A stretch of 40,200 nucleotides of DNA from Octopus bimaculoides (Eukaryota), in the NCBI RefSeq assembly GCF_001194135.2, contig NC_068998.1, positions 28,821,640-28,861,839 of the forward strand. The letters are read 5' to 3'. Shown one piece after another: positions 10,984 to 21,408 of the stretch. The notes under the pieces were generated by a model. That model ran no database searches. It was not told where the DNA came from and saw only the letters and a list, made by a program, of their open reading frames with translations. The first letter of the stretch is position 1, and every line of letters begins with the position of its first letter. A program made the translations under genes and the position numbers.

Positions 10984-11596
10984 CCCAACTAACTGACACC
11001 CCCATTTGCCAAACTGTATTGGTTAATTTATGATATATTTGTTCTGTTAAAGAGTTTACTCTGAAGAGTTTCATTACCTGTGATAAGAATGAGTTGTGGG
11101 GAAAGCAATGATGTTAAATTTCAAACTGAAATATTAAAAACATTGATTACCTCAACATTAAGACTGTTTGGATCTCAAAAGCCATCCAATAGCACCTCTC
11201 ATAGTTTGTATTCCTAGTAATAAATCATTTCTCTTTTTTCAAATCTACTCTCCTATTAATGTACTTAGGCATGGTTCGTTTTATCTTTGGAATAAGTAGA
11301 AGGTAACATGTAGTAGAACTGGAATCTGTTCTGAAGCTAATTAGAATAGAAGCAACAATATTTATATAACTTGTCTGAAGTCAAAAGCACTGAATGCTGT
11401 ATCTGTCCCTTTGCAGCAACAGTGTCTAAAAAGGAAAAGATATAAATAGAAAAAAAGTTTGCCTGCACAGCTGATCGTTTCTATAAATAAGGATGTGAAC
11501 AAAAGTAAACTGTTAAGAGAACAATTAGATGTTGCAGTAAATAACTATTTCAAAATAAGCTTTGTATTTCATCAGAATTAACAAAATATTATTTAA

Positions 11597-11631
11597 AATA
11601 ATAATAGTAATAATAATAATAAATAATAATA

Positions 11632-11690
<59 letters not shown>
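11597..11690. repeat. (AAT)n microsatellite
   Basis: Read directly from the sequence. Confidence 0.95.
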
Positions 11691-11692
<2 letters not shown>

Positions 11693-12440
11693 TCTATAAT
11701 TACTAAAAACTTATTGAATTGTAATTAGATTTTTAGTAGTTAATGAATTATTTTGTTTGTAAAAGTTGTGTATACAAAGTAAATGAAGTTCTGTTACTGC
11801 AATGTTAGTTATGATATGGACAGCTAAACTTTAGCATTTTTCACCTTGAAAACATTTTTACTGAGAATCTTTTCCCATGTAACTTTACATCTATCAATTT
11901 CTTCTGATGTATGTCTGTCTGATCCATGATACCTGATAGCTACTATGCTAAGCAAACTGGAAGTTGCTGATGTCTGTACATTCTTCTTTTAGCATGGGGA
12001 TTTGATGAAAACTTTTTTCTGTTTCTATAATTTCATGCCTTTTGTATTCTAAAACAGATTTTAAAATAGAAAAAAAAAATCCTCTGAGAAACTGGCCTCC
12101 AAATATCTGAATAAAATATATGAATGATACACCTGATTAACTGGCAGGTAAAAAAAACATCAGTTATATGTTACATGCAGTGGACTGTATAGTGCTTCTA
12201 TCCAAGAGAGAAATCTGTTAATTTAATATCAACGAAGAAAAACTGACTACTACCTCGACTACTGGCTTTTGAAGAATTTTGGCATTTCTTTGAAGCTAAT
12301 ATTTTTAAATGTAATCTACATTCTGAAAGAAAACAGTCCAAGTTTCTAGATACATATAGATAACTGGCTATGAGCTTCAGTCCAAAGAAAACACATGATA
12401 ATCCTTTCTACTTTTCTTTACAAGTATTTATTTTCAACAG

Positions 12441-12579
12441 AGAAAACAGCAGATATTTTAGTTAAGAAAGTAACACCTCATCTTACTTATTGCTCAAGTA
12501 TTTCTCTCACAGTATTGACGTTTGTTAAGCAAATGAGTTGGCCCTTTAATGATATTCATGATGATACTCTCAACTTCAG
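12441..12579 (+). CDS. Candidate internal exon (139 nt, phase 1 to phase 2) of an unidentified gene: xKTADILVKKVTPHLTYCSSISLTVLTFVKQMSWPFNDIHDDTLNF(R)
   Basis: Acceptor tatttattttcaacag| and donor AG|gtcagt, with a stop-free frame in otherwise stop-rich DNA. Not repeat-like. Protein not recognised. Confidence 0.5.
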
Positions 12580-12858
12580 GTCAGTTTTTATGGTATAATC
12601 ATTTGTATTCACTTATCTAATAAATACACTGCTAAGGTCATTGCTGATTGATGGCGATTTAATAATTATAAAACTAAAAATAATAACTAAAATGAAGTCA
12701 TTTTTACACAACAATTACATTTCCTTTCACTTCATTTCACATATTTATATCTTGGAAAGTAAACAGTAAATTACTTATATTTTCTACAGACAATGTCATA
12801 CATAATAATGATGTATGGGGATGTTTGTACAGTTGTGTATGTGTGTGTATTTCTATAA

Positions 12859-12933
<75 letters not shown>

Positions 12934-12942
12934 TGCATTTAT

Positions 12943-13141
12943 ATCATCATCATCATCATCGTAAAACATCTACTTTCCATGCTAGCATGGGTTGGACGAT
13001 TTGACTGAGGACCGCTGGACCAGGAGGCGACACCAGGCTCCAATCTGATTTGACAGAGTTTCTACAGTTGGATGCCCTTCCTAACGCCAACCACTCCGAG
13101 AGTGTAGTGGGTGTTTTACGTGCCACCGGCACAAGGGCCAG
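12943..13141 (-). mobile_element. 5'-truncated RTE LINE 3' UTR with (GAT)n tail, abutting (TA)n
   Basis: The reverse complement matches 36390-36576, including one ggtggcacgtaaaa-cacc unit. Confidence 0.8.
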
Positions 13142-13449
13142 TCTATATATATGCATTTATATATACAGTGATGCCTTGATATACAAGTTAATTTGGTTTT
13201 GGAGACTGCTCATAAAGCTAAAACTCATAAAGCAGAGCAATAATTTCCCATAGTAGCAATGTTATAAATTGTAATTGGTTCTCAGAAAAATATTTTACAA
13301 ATAAAATTTATATTACTCATAAATAAATGGCATTAAAACAACAGTAGAATGTAAAGAATATTTTATGTTAAGTAAAAGGTATGTCAAGATCATTTATAAT
13401 AAAAAAGATATTATTATAATTGTTTTCTGAATTGCATTCACTTGCACTA

Positions 13450-13529
13450 GACTCATGCACACCATGACTCATGCACACCATGACTCATGCACACCATGAC
13501 TCATGCACACCATGACTCATGCACACCAT
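13450..13529. repeat. Minisatellite: 5 perfect copies of GACTCATGCACACCAT (16 bp)
   Basis: Units start at 13450, 13466, 13482, 13498 and 13514. Confidence 0.95.
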
Positions 13530-13964
13530 AAACTCATACACACACTTGTAGACGTGATTGCTGATTCACAAGCACTCATAGATGGACTTGTAGATTTCTT
13601 TTTAAAAAACATGTTTAGAGTTGTTTGCTTAGAAGCTTTTTTTGCTCTCTATAAATTTCTCGGTAACACGCAGAAGCATTTGCTATGGTAGTAGATACTT
13701 TTGCCCTTCGTTCAAAATTTGTACTTTGTGCTTGAAAAATAAAACTTGTAAACCCAGGGTCTCGTAAAGCAGGTCTTTTAAAGTGAAGTATTACTGTATT
13801 TCACTTGACCTAAATAAAATTTATTATTAATCTCGTCTATGCTATCAAGTACTCTTTTTCCCAACAATAAACAGTAAACACACACACATTTCATCCCCAA
13901 CATTTTTGTACTATTAGTTTCTCTTTTCTTGTTGCCATCTCACCATCACTATTTGATGATCCCA

Positions 13965-14152
13965 CAAGTGCTGGGGACATCAAAAAGCATATAGTACACT
14001 TTTGTAAAGTGTTTGGTGTTAGAAATGGCATCCATCTATAGAAACCATGCCAAAGCAGACATTGGCGTTTGACATGGTCCTCTGATCTGTTGTATCATGT
14101 CAAACCATCAAACTCATGTTGGCATGGAATACAGACACTATATAATGATGAC
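13965..14152 (+). mobile_element. Degenerate RTE LINE 3' UTR tail
   Basis: gttagaaatggcatccatctatagaaacc...ggcatggaatacagacac...aatgatgac resembles 36430-36576. Confidence 0.55.
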
Positions 14153-14199
14153 AACAACAACATATTGACACATATAGAGATACCAGAGCCTCTATCACT

Positions 14200-14515
14200 A
14201 CCATAATTTCAGTACACATTTCACTATAGGTGCTTTGGTCTTCTGCAGCACTGCGTATTGTAAATCAGTGTTGTACTTTACTATTTTCTCCACAAGGTAC
14301 AGCAACTTAAGAACCTTTACCACTTTGCCCATGATTTTTCACAGTCTCCCTCTTCCAATGGTTGTGTAATAACTTGAAGTGCACATCCTTTTGGAGTAGT
14401 CATCCTCCATACACATCACATGCCCATAGTTCCCTCCTCCCTCTTGCAGGTTTTTTCTCAGCTCATTTCTACTCTGTTCATACACACTGATATTCAACAT
14501 CTGCTGGAATCACAC
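14200..14515 (-). mobile_element. RTE LINE ORF C-terminal fragment
   Basis: Minus strand reads YGHVMCMEDD...GRGRL...YAVLQKT, the same C-terminal pattern as WRYAVLEKT at 36020-36060. Confidence 0.5.
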
Positions 14516-14537
14516 ATGTGACTAATCCATCCCTGTA

Positions 14538-14559
<22 letters not shown>

Positions 14560-14573
<14 letters not shown>

Positions 14574-15005
14574 TAGTAAATAAATAAATATTTATATATA
14601 AAGAATAAGGAATTGATTGCATGGTTTCTTAGGAATAAAAATGAAACAATGAGATATTAAAGTTAGAATAATGTTATAAAATTTGGAAGGAAAAAAATTA
14701 AAATATTAAATATAAAATTTTTTGAAAAACCTTAAAAATTAAAGTTAACATGAAAATTAAAAATTAGATCTAATAAGTATTGAAAAATTCCAAAATTTAA
14801 AAACCAAAAATCAAAAATTGAAAATAAAATCAAAAAATAAAAAGATATTAGAAATTGAAAGAATATTAAAAATAGAATAAAAATAAAGATAATTTTTAAA
14901 AAATCAACATTTAAAATTTTTTTAATTTATTGCAAATTTAAAAACAAGAATTATTTTTATATATGCAAAATTTAAAAATTAAAACTGTTTTGGTATATCA
15001 AAAAT
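14560..15005. repeat. Extremely AT-rich low-complexity tract (degenerate AAAATT units)
   Basis: Read directly from the sequence. Confidence 0.8.
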
Positions 15006-15014
15006 ATGCACTTA

Positions 15015-15620
15015 AAGGTAGAAGATGTAGAAAAGGAGTAGATATAAACTACACACGATGTACCCAATGTAAGTGAGGGGTACAGCTGTTGTGGAATCAC
15101 TGGCAGACTAACAGAAAAAGAAAGCTTTGTATGTGACAGATGCACCTGAGCAAACACATACGATGGATACACTAGAAATAGATTCTCTTAAATACTCAGA
15201 TAGCTTTTGCTACTTAGCAGATGTAAAGGAGGTGGTTGCTCTGAAAGAATATGAGTTGGAAAGAATGGGTTGGAAAAAGTTTAGGGACTATTACTACTGA
15301 TGCTGGTAACAAAAGTCTTTTCCCTTAGAGTGAAGAACAGATTGTATGATGCTTGAGTTAGAACTGTGATGCTGCATATGTCTTGAATGCAGAAGACTTG
15401 AAAAGACTAGAAAAAGGAGGAAGCTAGCATGCTCTGTTGGATGTGCAATATAAGTGCATGAGTAACAAAGTATAAATGTGTTGGGAGAAAAATTGGGCAT
15501 AAGAGGAATTGGATGTAATGTGTGAGAAAGAAGACTGTACTGTGGTTCGTATGGAGGAGGACAGCTGTATAAAAAAGTGTTGTCACTGAATGTGGATGGA
15601 GTTTGTATATGAAGAAGACC
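15015..15620 (+). mobile_element. RTE LINE RT C-terminal fragment including the Cys-rich insertion
   Basis: CRKGVDINYTRCTQCK...CGITGRLTEKESFVCDRC, DSFCYL, FSLRVKNRLYDA*VRTVML and LNAEDLKRLE...ASMLCWMCNIS, with many frameshifts. Confidence 0.75.
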
Positions 15621-16273
15621 ATGCTTTCATGAAGTTCTTTTGTATGGCTCAGAGACATGAACACATTCTATAAAGCTTCAAAAATAATTTGATGATTGTT
15701 ACACATGACTTCTACATAGGGTATAAAATTTTTTGAGGAAAACCCATCCAACACTAAAACAAATGTATGAGACCATTCCCTTCATTTCACAAACATTGAG
15801 ACAGTGTAGAGTAATATATTGTATTAGGTTATTTCACATGAAATGATACATTTTTAATTACCGTAAAAACCCATGCAATTTACGTACTTTTTTTCGCAAA
15901 AATAAAAATAAACTTTAGGGGGTGTGCAAATTACATAAGTAGATCGTTTCCAGAATTTTTTTAGAAATTGTTTTGATTGAAAAAGACATACAAAACATAA
16001 ACATTCGTACCAGAAGTTGACTCATTTAATGTGATAATAGGTTTTTACAAAAAAAATAATAAATAAATAAAATAAGGGCTTAGATATAATGAAGTTGACG
16101 GTATAATGCTTGCTTTTTCTGTATAAATTTACTAAAACCTTTTGGTATTACAGAGGTGCACTTGCATAGCAAGTGACTTGATCTGAGATCATGTGCTGAA
16201 AGAAAAACAATTGCAGTGTGGAAGATGTTTGTAAGCCATTTAAGAACACACAAAAACTGTTAAATATAATTTG

Positions 16274-16320
16274 TGTCAAAATATTTTCGTCGTTTTGAAA
16301 CCGCGACCTGTTCACTGACA
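16274..16320 (-). ncRNA. Minimal type I hammerhead ribozyme motif, G3-C8 core variant, inside an unclassified interspersed repeat (about 16150-16335)
   Basis: Minus strand reads TGTCA | GTGAACA | g GTCG cggtttcaaaa CGAC | GAA | AATATT | T | TGACA. Stem I extends to 7/8 bp, stem II is 4 bp with one extra G, and stem III is palindromic. Confidence 0.55.
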
Positions 16321-16772
16321 AAACTTTGTCATCTGAGAAAGTAACAGTTAGTTCATGATATATTTATGTGTTTATGTATTCATGTATGTATGTATGTGAG
16401 TATTTACGTATATAAGTGTGTAGCCGTGTCTGTGTGTGTGTAGCCGTGTCTGTGTGTGTGTATATGTACTGACACGTATGTCTGTTCAAGTTGTATATAT
16501 GACTGCTACTCTGCCGAAGGTTGTACGTATATATATGTCCCTCTCACCGCTGTCTAGCGGTGAATAGATACAATGTCTTAGATACATACATGCAGATATA
16601 AACCTACCTATACATATTTACAAGTACGCACAATCATAAATACGTACACACACACATATATACATATAATCGTACAGTATACACATATATTGTTCTATTT
16701 TCACAGACAACTGTTAAACTCAAATACATTTTTTTTGTAATTTACATAGACATATACAAATACATATATATA

Positions 16773-17461
16773 TGTAGTGGATCTTGCATGCATGAAGTGG
16801 ATTCGATCCACCATAGCCAAATTTGAATTAACACTGCAACAGAACTTTTCCCATGGTGGAACAATGGTTTTTCTCTGACAGCGGTTTTACATTTTCCAGA
16901 TGCCTTTAGCTAGGCTGAAATAATGTCTTCACCACTTGACCCTTTCTAACCTCTTCTACTTCACCAAAAGCTAAAATAGAGATATCAAGACCACCAACTA
17001 AATTTATTGTTCTCAATGATATGTCTATTCTTCTGGATAGTTATAAAAGCAAGAACACTCCAAGCAAAAGTCAGTCGGTGACGACTCAACGAGTTAGTCA
17101 CTTCGGTGACAACGAAGTCTGGCTGACCAGCTAGAACCTTGGTCAGAGGGAGAAATGAAGTTTACTGTCAGCAACTGTGAGACAATGCCCCACACCCTAC
17201 AACTCTCACTAGCTCTAATTCTATTCTCTTACAACATCATTCTATCTCTCTCTGTAATTACTACCAAACAATGAAGAGGACACAAACACAAACTTTACTT
17301 CTCATGCTTTTGGATTTATCATAACCTGCCCGCCGAGGCAAGGTATTGTAATGTAACGGTAAATAAATACTTCCTTAAAACTTCATGCATTGTCCATCTT
17401 TCACATCTTACAACTTGCCGTTATAACAACAAATCTTATCCGTTTACGATTGGTAACTACA
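16773..17461 (+). mobile_element. Probable solo LTR (689 bp)
   Basis: TG...CA ends with 6-bp inverted termini TGTAGT/ACTACA. TATAAAA near 17042 and AATAAA near 17362. No clean TSD (caaat follows the right end and occurs 11 nt before the left end). Confidence 0.55.
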
Positions 17462-17614
17462 CAAATTATTATCGTTACATATATATGCACACATACCCAT
17501 ACGTATATGCATATATGGACTCATACATACACACATACTCACACACACAAACACACACGCTAAAATACACATATGTATATAATTACATATATGTATTTCA
17601 GTATCATGCACATA

Positions 17615-17995
17615 TAAGCACAAGAGTGGCTGTGTGGTAAGTAGCTTGCTCACCAACCACATGGTTCCGGATTCAGTCCCACTGTGTGGCACCTTGGGCA
17701 AGTGTATTCTACTATAGCCTTGGGCCGACCAAAGCATCGTGAGTGGATTTGGTAGACGGAAACTGAAAGAAGCCCGTTGTATATGTGTGTGTTTGTGTGT
17801 CTGTGTTTGTCTCCCCAACATCGCTTGACAACCGAAGCTGGTGTGTTTATGTCCCAGCAACTTAGCGGTTCAGCAAAAGACACCGACAGAATAAGTACTA
17901 GGCTTACAAAGAATAAGTCCTGGGGTTGATTTGCTCGACTAAAGGCGGTGCTCCAGCATGGCCACAATCAAATGACTGAAACAAGTAAAAGAGAG
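17615..17995 (+). mobile_element. OK/OR-like tRNA-derived SINE, full length, little diverged
   Basis: gagtggctgtgtggtaagtagc (A box), ggttccggattcagtccc (B box), body, and gctccagcatggccacaatcaaatgactgaaacaagtaaaagag tail. Confidence 0.9.
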
Positions 17996-19649
17996 TATAT
18001 ATGTATATGTCTATGTAAAAATGCAAAAAAAAAAAGTATTTGAGTTTAACCATTATCTGTGACAATAGAAACATATATATGTGTAGATGGATAAATGTAT
18101 ATATGTGTATACTGTAAGATTATATGTATATATGTGTGTGTATAAGTGTTTATATGATTGTATGTGCTTGCACATATGTATAGGTAGGTTTATATTTGCA
18201 TGTATGTACCTAAGACATTGTATTTATTCATCATTAGACAGTGGTGAAAGGAACATACGACATAGTAACAATCATATATACAGCTTGAACAGACACGCAT
18301 TTCAGTACATAAACATACATTAACATGTACATACAAGTTCTTCTTAAACTTCGCACCTCTCTTGTTCAATAAACACTGGATTAAACTTGCAAAGCTGTTT
18401 ATTTTCTCCTTTCGATTCTTAATGCAAGCCTGTTACCAAACTATCAATTTGGTCTCCCGGCTAAAACGGTAATGACAAATTTTAAAGTTTGTTTGACATT
18501 AGTGAAATTATGCTAAATACAACAAAACTGAATACCTTTTCCCCCTGGCAATATTGGCAATTCTGAAAACTTTTGGGTGCGAATTTTACACGAATAGAAG
18601 CTTTTTTTTAACAATTTTTATCCTGAAAATCACCTGCGTAAATTACACAGGTGTGCAAATTACATGGGGCTTTTACGGTACTTGTTATTTCAATCATTTA
18701 AAAACTCAATTATGTATACCTTGCATTTAATCTTGACTCTTTCTTTCCCAACAATATTAGTATACAAAATTCGTACCCACAGACCTTACGAAAATGATAA
18801 CAACCAAACTGTGTTTTTCTCATATGAATACAAACTTGGTCACTCTGCTGCAGAAGCTCTACAGAATATCCAGTGGGCCTTTGGTAATGGTTTTGTTGAC
18901 TGTTCAAAACTGTTCAGAGATGGTTCCAAAGCTCTCATTCAGGAGTTGATAGCCTTGAAAATAAACCAAGGAGTAGGCCAAAATCAGTTATTCGGCATGA
19001 TGGATTAAATGTTATGGTTGAACAAAATCCAAGAACAAAGGTTCGAAAACTTTCATCAGAACTCCAGACATTTAACACAACTGTTTTTGGACACCTGTGA
19101 AAAATTGGAAATGTCAAGAAAACGGATAGGTTTGTTCCGCATCAACTGAACAAGATTCAAATAAGGAAAAACGGTAACAGCAACATCATACTGCCAGGAA
19201 ATTGATTATATGCATGAGAATTGGAAAAAGAAGCAACCCAGACTAGTGAATAGAGATGGCCTAATTTTGCTCCACGACAATGCACGTCCTCACACTCCTC
19301 AAGCTACGGTCCAAAAGTTGCAAAGCCTGAATTATGAGATTTTGCAACATCCTCCCTATTCCCCTGATATCTCTCCCACTGATCATGACTTATTTAAACA
19401 TTTTGAGCCTTTCATAAGCTATAAAACATTTTTAAATAGAGAAGAGGTAATTGAAGCATTTGGACAGTTTATCACAGTAAGAGATGAATTTTTTTTTAAA
19501 AGATGGAATATATGACAGAGAAACGTTGGGTAAACGTCATAAATGAACATGGATCATTCTTTGATTAACTAAATCAGTTCTCTAACACTTTTGAAACATT
19601 TTATTGTTACCTTTCAAATACGACATTCATGTGAAACAACCTAATAAAT

Positions 19650-20960
19650 CTACTGGGCTCTATTTTGGAGAAAAAGATGTAAATGTTATCATTTGTCCTT
19701 TGGAAACCTCAATTAACTTATAGGAAATATCACAAGCTCTTGTATTCAGTTTGCAATGCCAGAGTTTTGGAATATGTGTTGAAAAATCTTGCAGGATTGT
19801 GAGTTCTGGAAAATAGTTGCAAGGTTTATCCTGACTGGAGTCATCAAGTTTGATGATGATGAATCAAGCAATCACAAATTTCATATTGCATCCTCTTTTT
19901 CTTTCATACAATCCATGGATTAACTGTTTGTACTTTCTAATTTTATCTTGCAGTAGATTAGACCATATTCCACATATCACTACAACTGATTACATCAATA
20001 ATTCATATGTATGTTTCTCTAAAATTCAATCTTACCCTCTGGTAGTTTTTAATATTCTATTTAAAAGAACTGCAAGTCTGTTTTCTTTAGTGTCTAATGT
20101 GACTCTGTTACTTCAATTGATTTTATACCATAACAATTTTGTAATCAACTTTTATTGTTTTGTGCAAGCTAATGCATTATTATGGCTTTTAAAATAATCA
20201 TCTGGACAATGGATTATGAATTGTTTCTCTTATAGCCTGCACATATTCAATGTCACTCCCATCTCTCTTTAATTTCTCATAAGTTTTTCTGACTAAATTT
20301 CCCTCTTGCATATTAATGATGTCGTTTTACAGATGTAGCATTTCTTTAAAGTTTAAGCTATTAAATAATTCACTTAATACAGTTTTATCTTCATACTGCT
20401 CCAGCTTTAATTCCTTTGGGCTCTCTTGCAGTCTTATATCTAACATTTAAATTACACCTGATTTTCTTCCATCTACTACTTTAAACTACCATCAAATTTC
20501 ACTTCTTGTCCAATGCTAAAAATTGCATCCTTTGCCTCTTTTTTGATAGAATAGTACTTTTTCTGGGTTTCTCTCTCTCTTTTATGCAAAACTTATCCAT
20601 TCAAGCTTTTATATTACTTTGTGACATTTCACTCTAACCTTTCTTTCCTTAACTATTTCATTCATAATCTTTGTCTTTGCTTCTTTTTGTAATGAATAAA
20701 CTTACATCATTTGCTTGTCTGTTCAACAGGACGTTCTCTCATGATTATGTTAATGATTCTATCCAATACCTTTAAATCTGCTTTGTCATTCAGCTGCAGC
20801 ACTTTATGACTTTCTCTTGGTTTTTGTCAAATTGTTTTCTCCTTGACCATAATTTTCATTCAGATTCCAAATTCATTTGAGACTCTTGTGATTACTTTTA
20901 CTTTGTTGACAGTCAAAACATTTTATGCACTTCATTTTTATCTCAGTACTCTCAACAGTT
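19650..20960 (-). mobile_element. Heavily decayed non-LTR retrotransposon with restriction-like endonuclease (R2/R4/NeSL group), 3' part
   Basis: In order on the minus strand: DLKVLDRIINIIMRE (RT thumb), KYYSIKKEAK, MCRL...ETIH...CPDDYFKSHNNAL (zinc knuckle/RHN-like) and IIDVISCSD...QDKIRKYKQL (REL-like). Many stops and frameshifts. Confidence 0.55.
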
Positions 20961-21408
20961 GACTTGACAAATCAACAATTGTTATAAATTTGCTATAGTA
21001 TAATTCTTTCTTTCTTTTTTTCATCCTTCCTTCCTTCCTACCTTTCTCCTCATTAATATAATAATAATTATTATTACACTAGTTTTAATATTTCATTAAG
21101 TACCTTCACAGCACAAATGAATGTAACTCTGTGTGCCATGGGAATGTGCATTGTTATTTTCTTCTTTCTGATTTCATTAAAGTACAATGTATAATGTATG
21201 TGCATTGCCTACTAGTATTGTTTTCTGGAAGCCATATATATTTATAAGGACTGGAATTTTGGTTATGTGTTTGTATTGTTTTTTTTCTATGATTTCTAAG
21301 GCACCTAGTTACTATGAAGATTATGCCTTTAGACTTCACATTATGATTATCTCTGTCTACAGATTTTTATATTCTATTAGGTTCCCCATTTATTTTAAAA
21401 ATACATTA

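Larger units (their letters stand above)
15861..18678. mobile_element. pogo/Tc2-type non-autonomous TIR element nested in the mariner 5' end, itself carrying later insertions
   Basis: TA at 15859-15860 and 18679-18680. Ends CCGTAAAAACCCATGCAATTT / reverse complement CCGTAAAAGCCCCATGTAATTT. Subterminal GTGTGCAAATTACA-type motifs at both ends. Confidence 0.8.
15824..19644 (+). mobile_element. mariner DD34D transposon (Hsmar1/SETMAR-like), internally deleted and split by a 2.8-kb nested insertion
   Basis: TIRs TTAGGTTATTTCACATGAA (15824) and reverse complement TTAGGTTGTTTCACATGAA (ending 19644), 18/19 identical, with TA flanks. Coding remnants YEYKLGHSAAEA, FVPHQL and LLHDNARPH...HPPYSPDISPTD (34-residue spacing). 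The first catalytic D region is deleted. Confidence 0.92.

Noticed and set aside
10868-11074. Poly-Met/Ala/Trp ORF
   Set aside because: It is a translation of a compound trinucleotide microsatellite.
11540-11580. CTGATGA...GAAA on the minus strand next to (AAT)n
   Set aside because: Stem II is out of register by 2 nt and there is no stem I. Plausible by chance in AT-rich DNA.
13450-13529. Regular short repeats as a possible CRISPR-like array
   Set aside because: The units are contiguous with no spacers, in a eukaryotic context.
17615-17700. tRNA-like A/B boxes (also 5600, 9961, 24409 and 38432)
   Set aside because: These are SINE heads with no complete cloverleaf, so they are not called tRNA genes.
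19850-20197. Hydrophobic 115-aa ORF resembling a membrane protein
   Set aside because: It is antisense to the REL LINE remnant, and T-rich bias produces the hydrophobicity.
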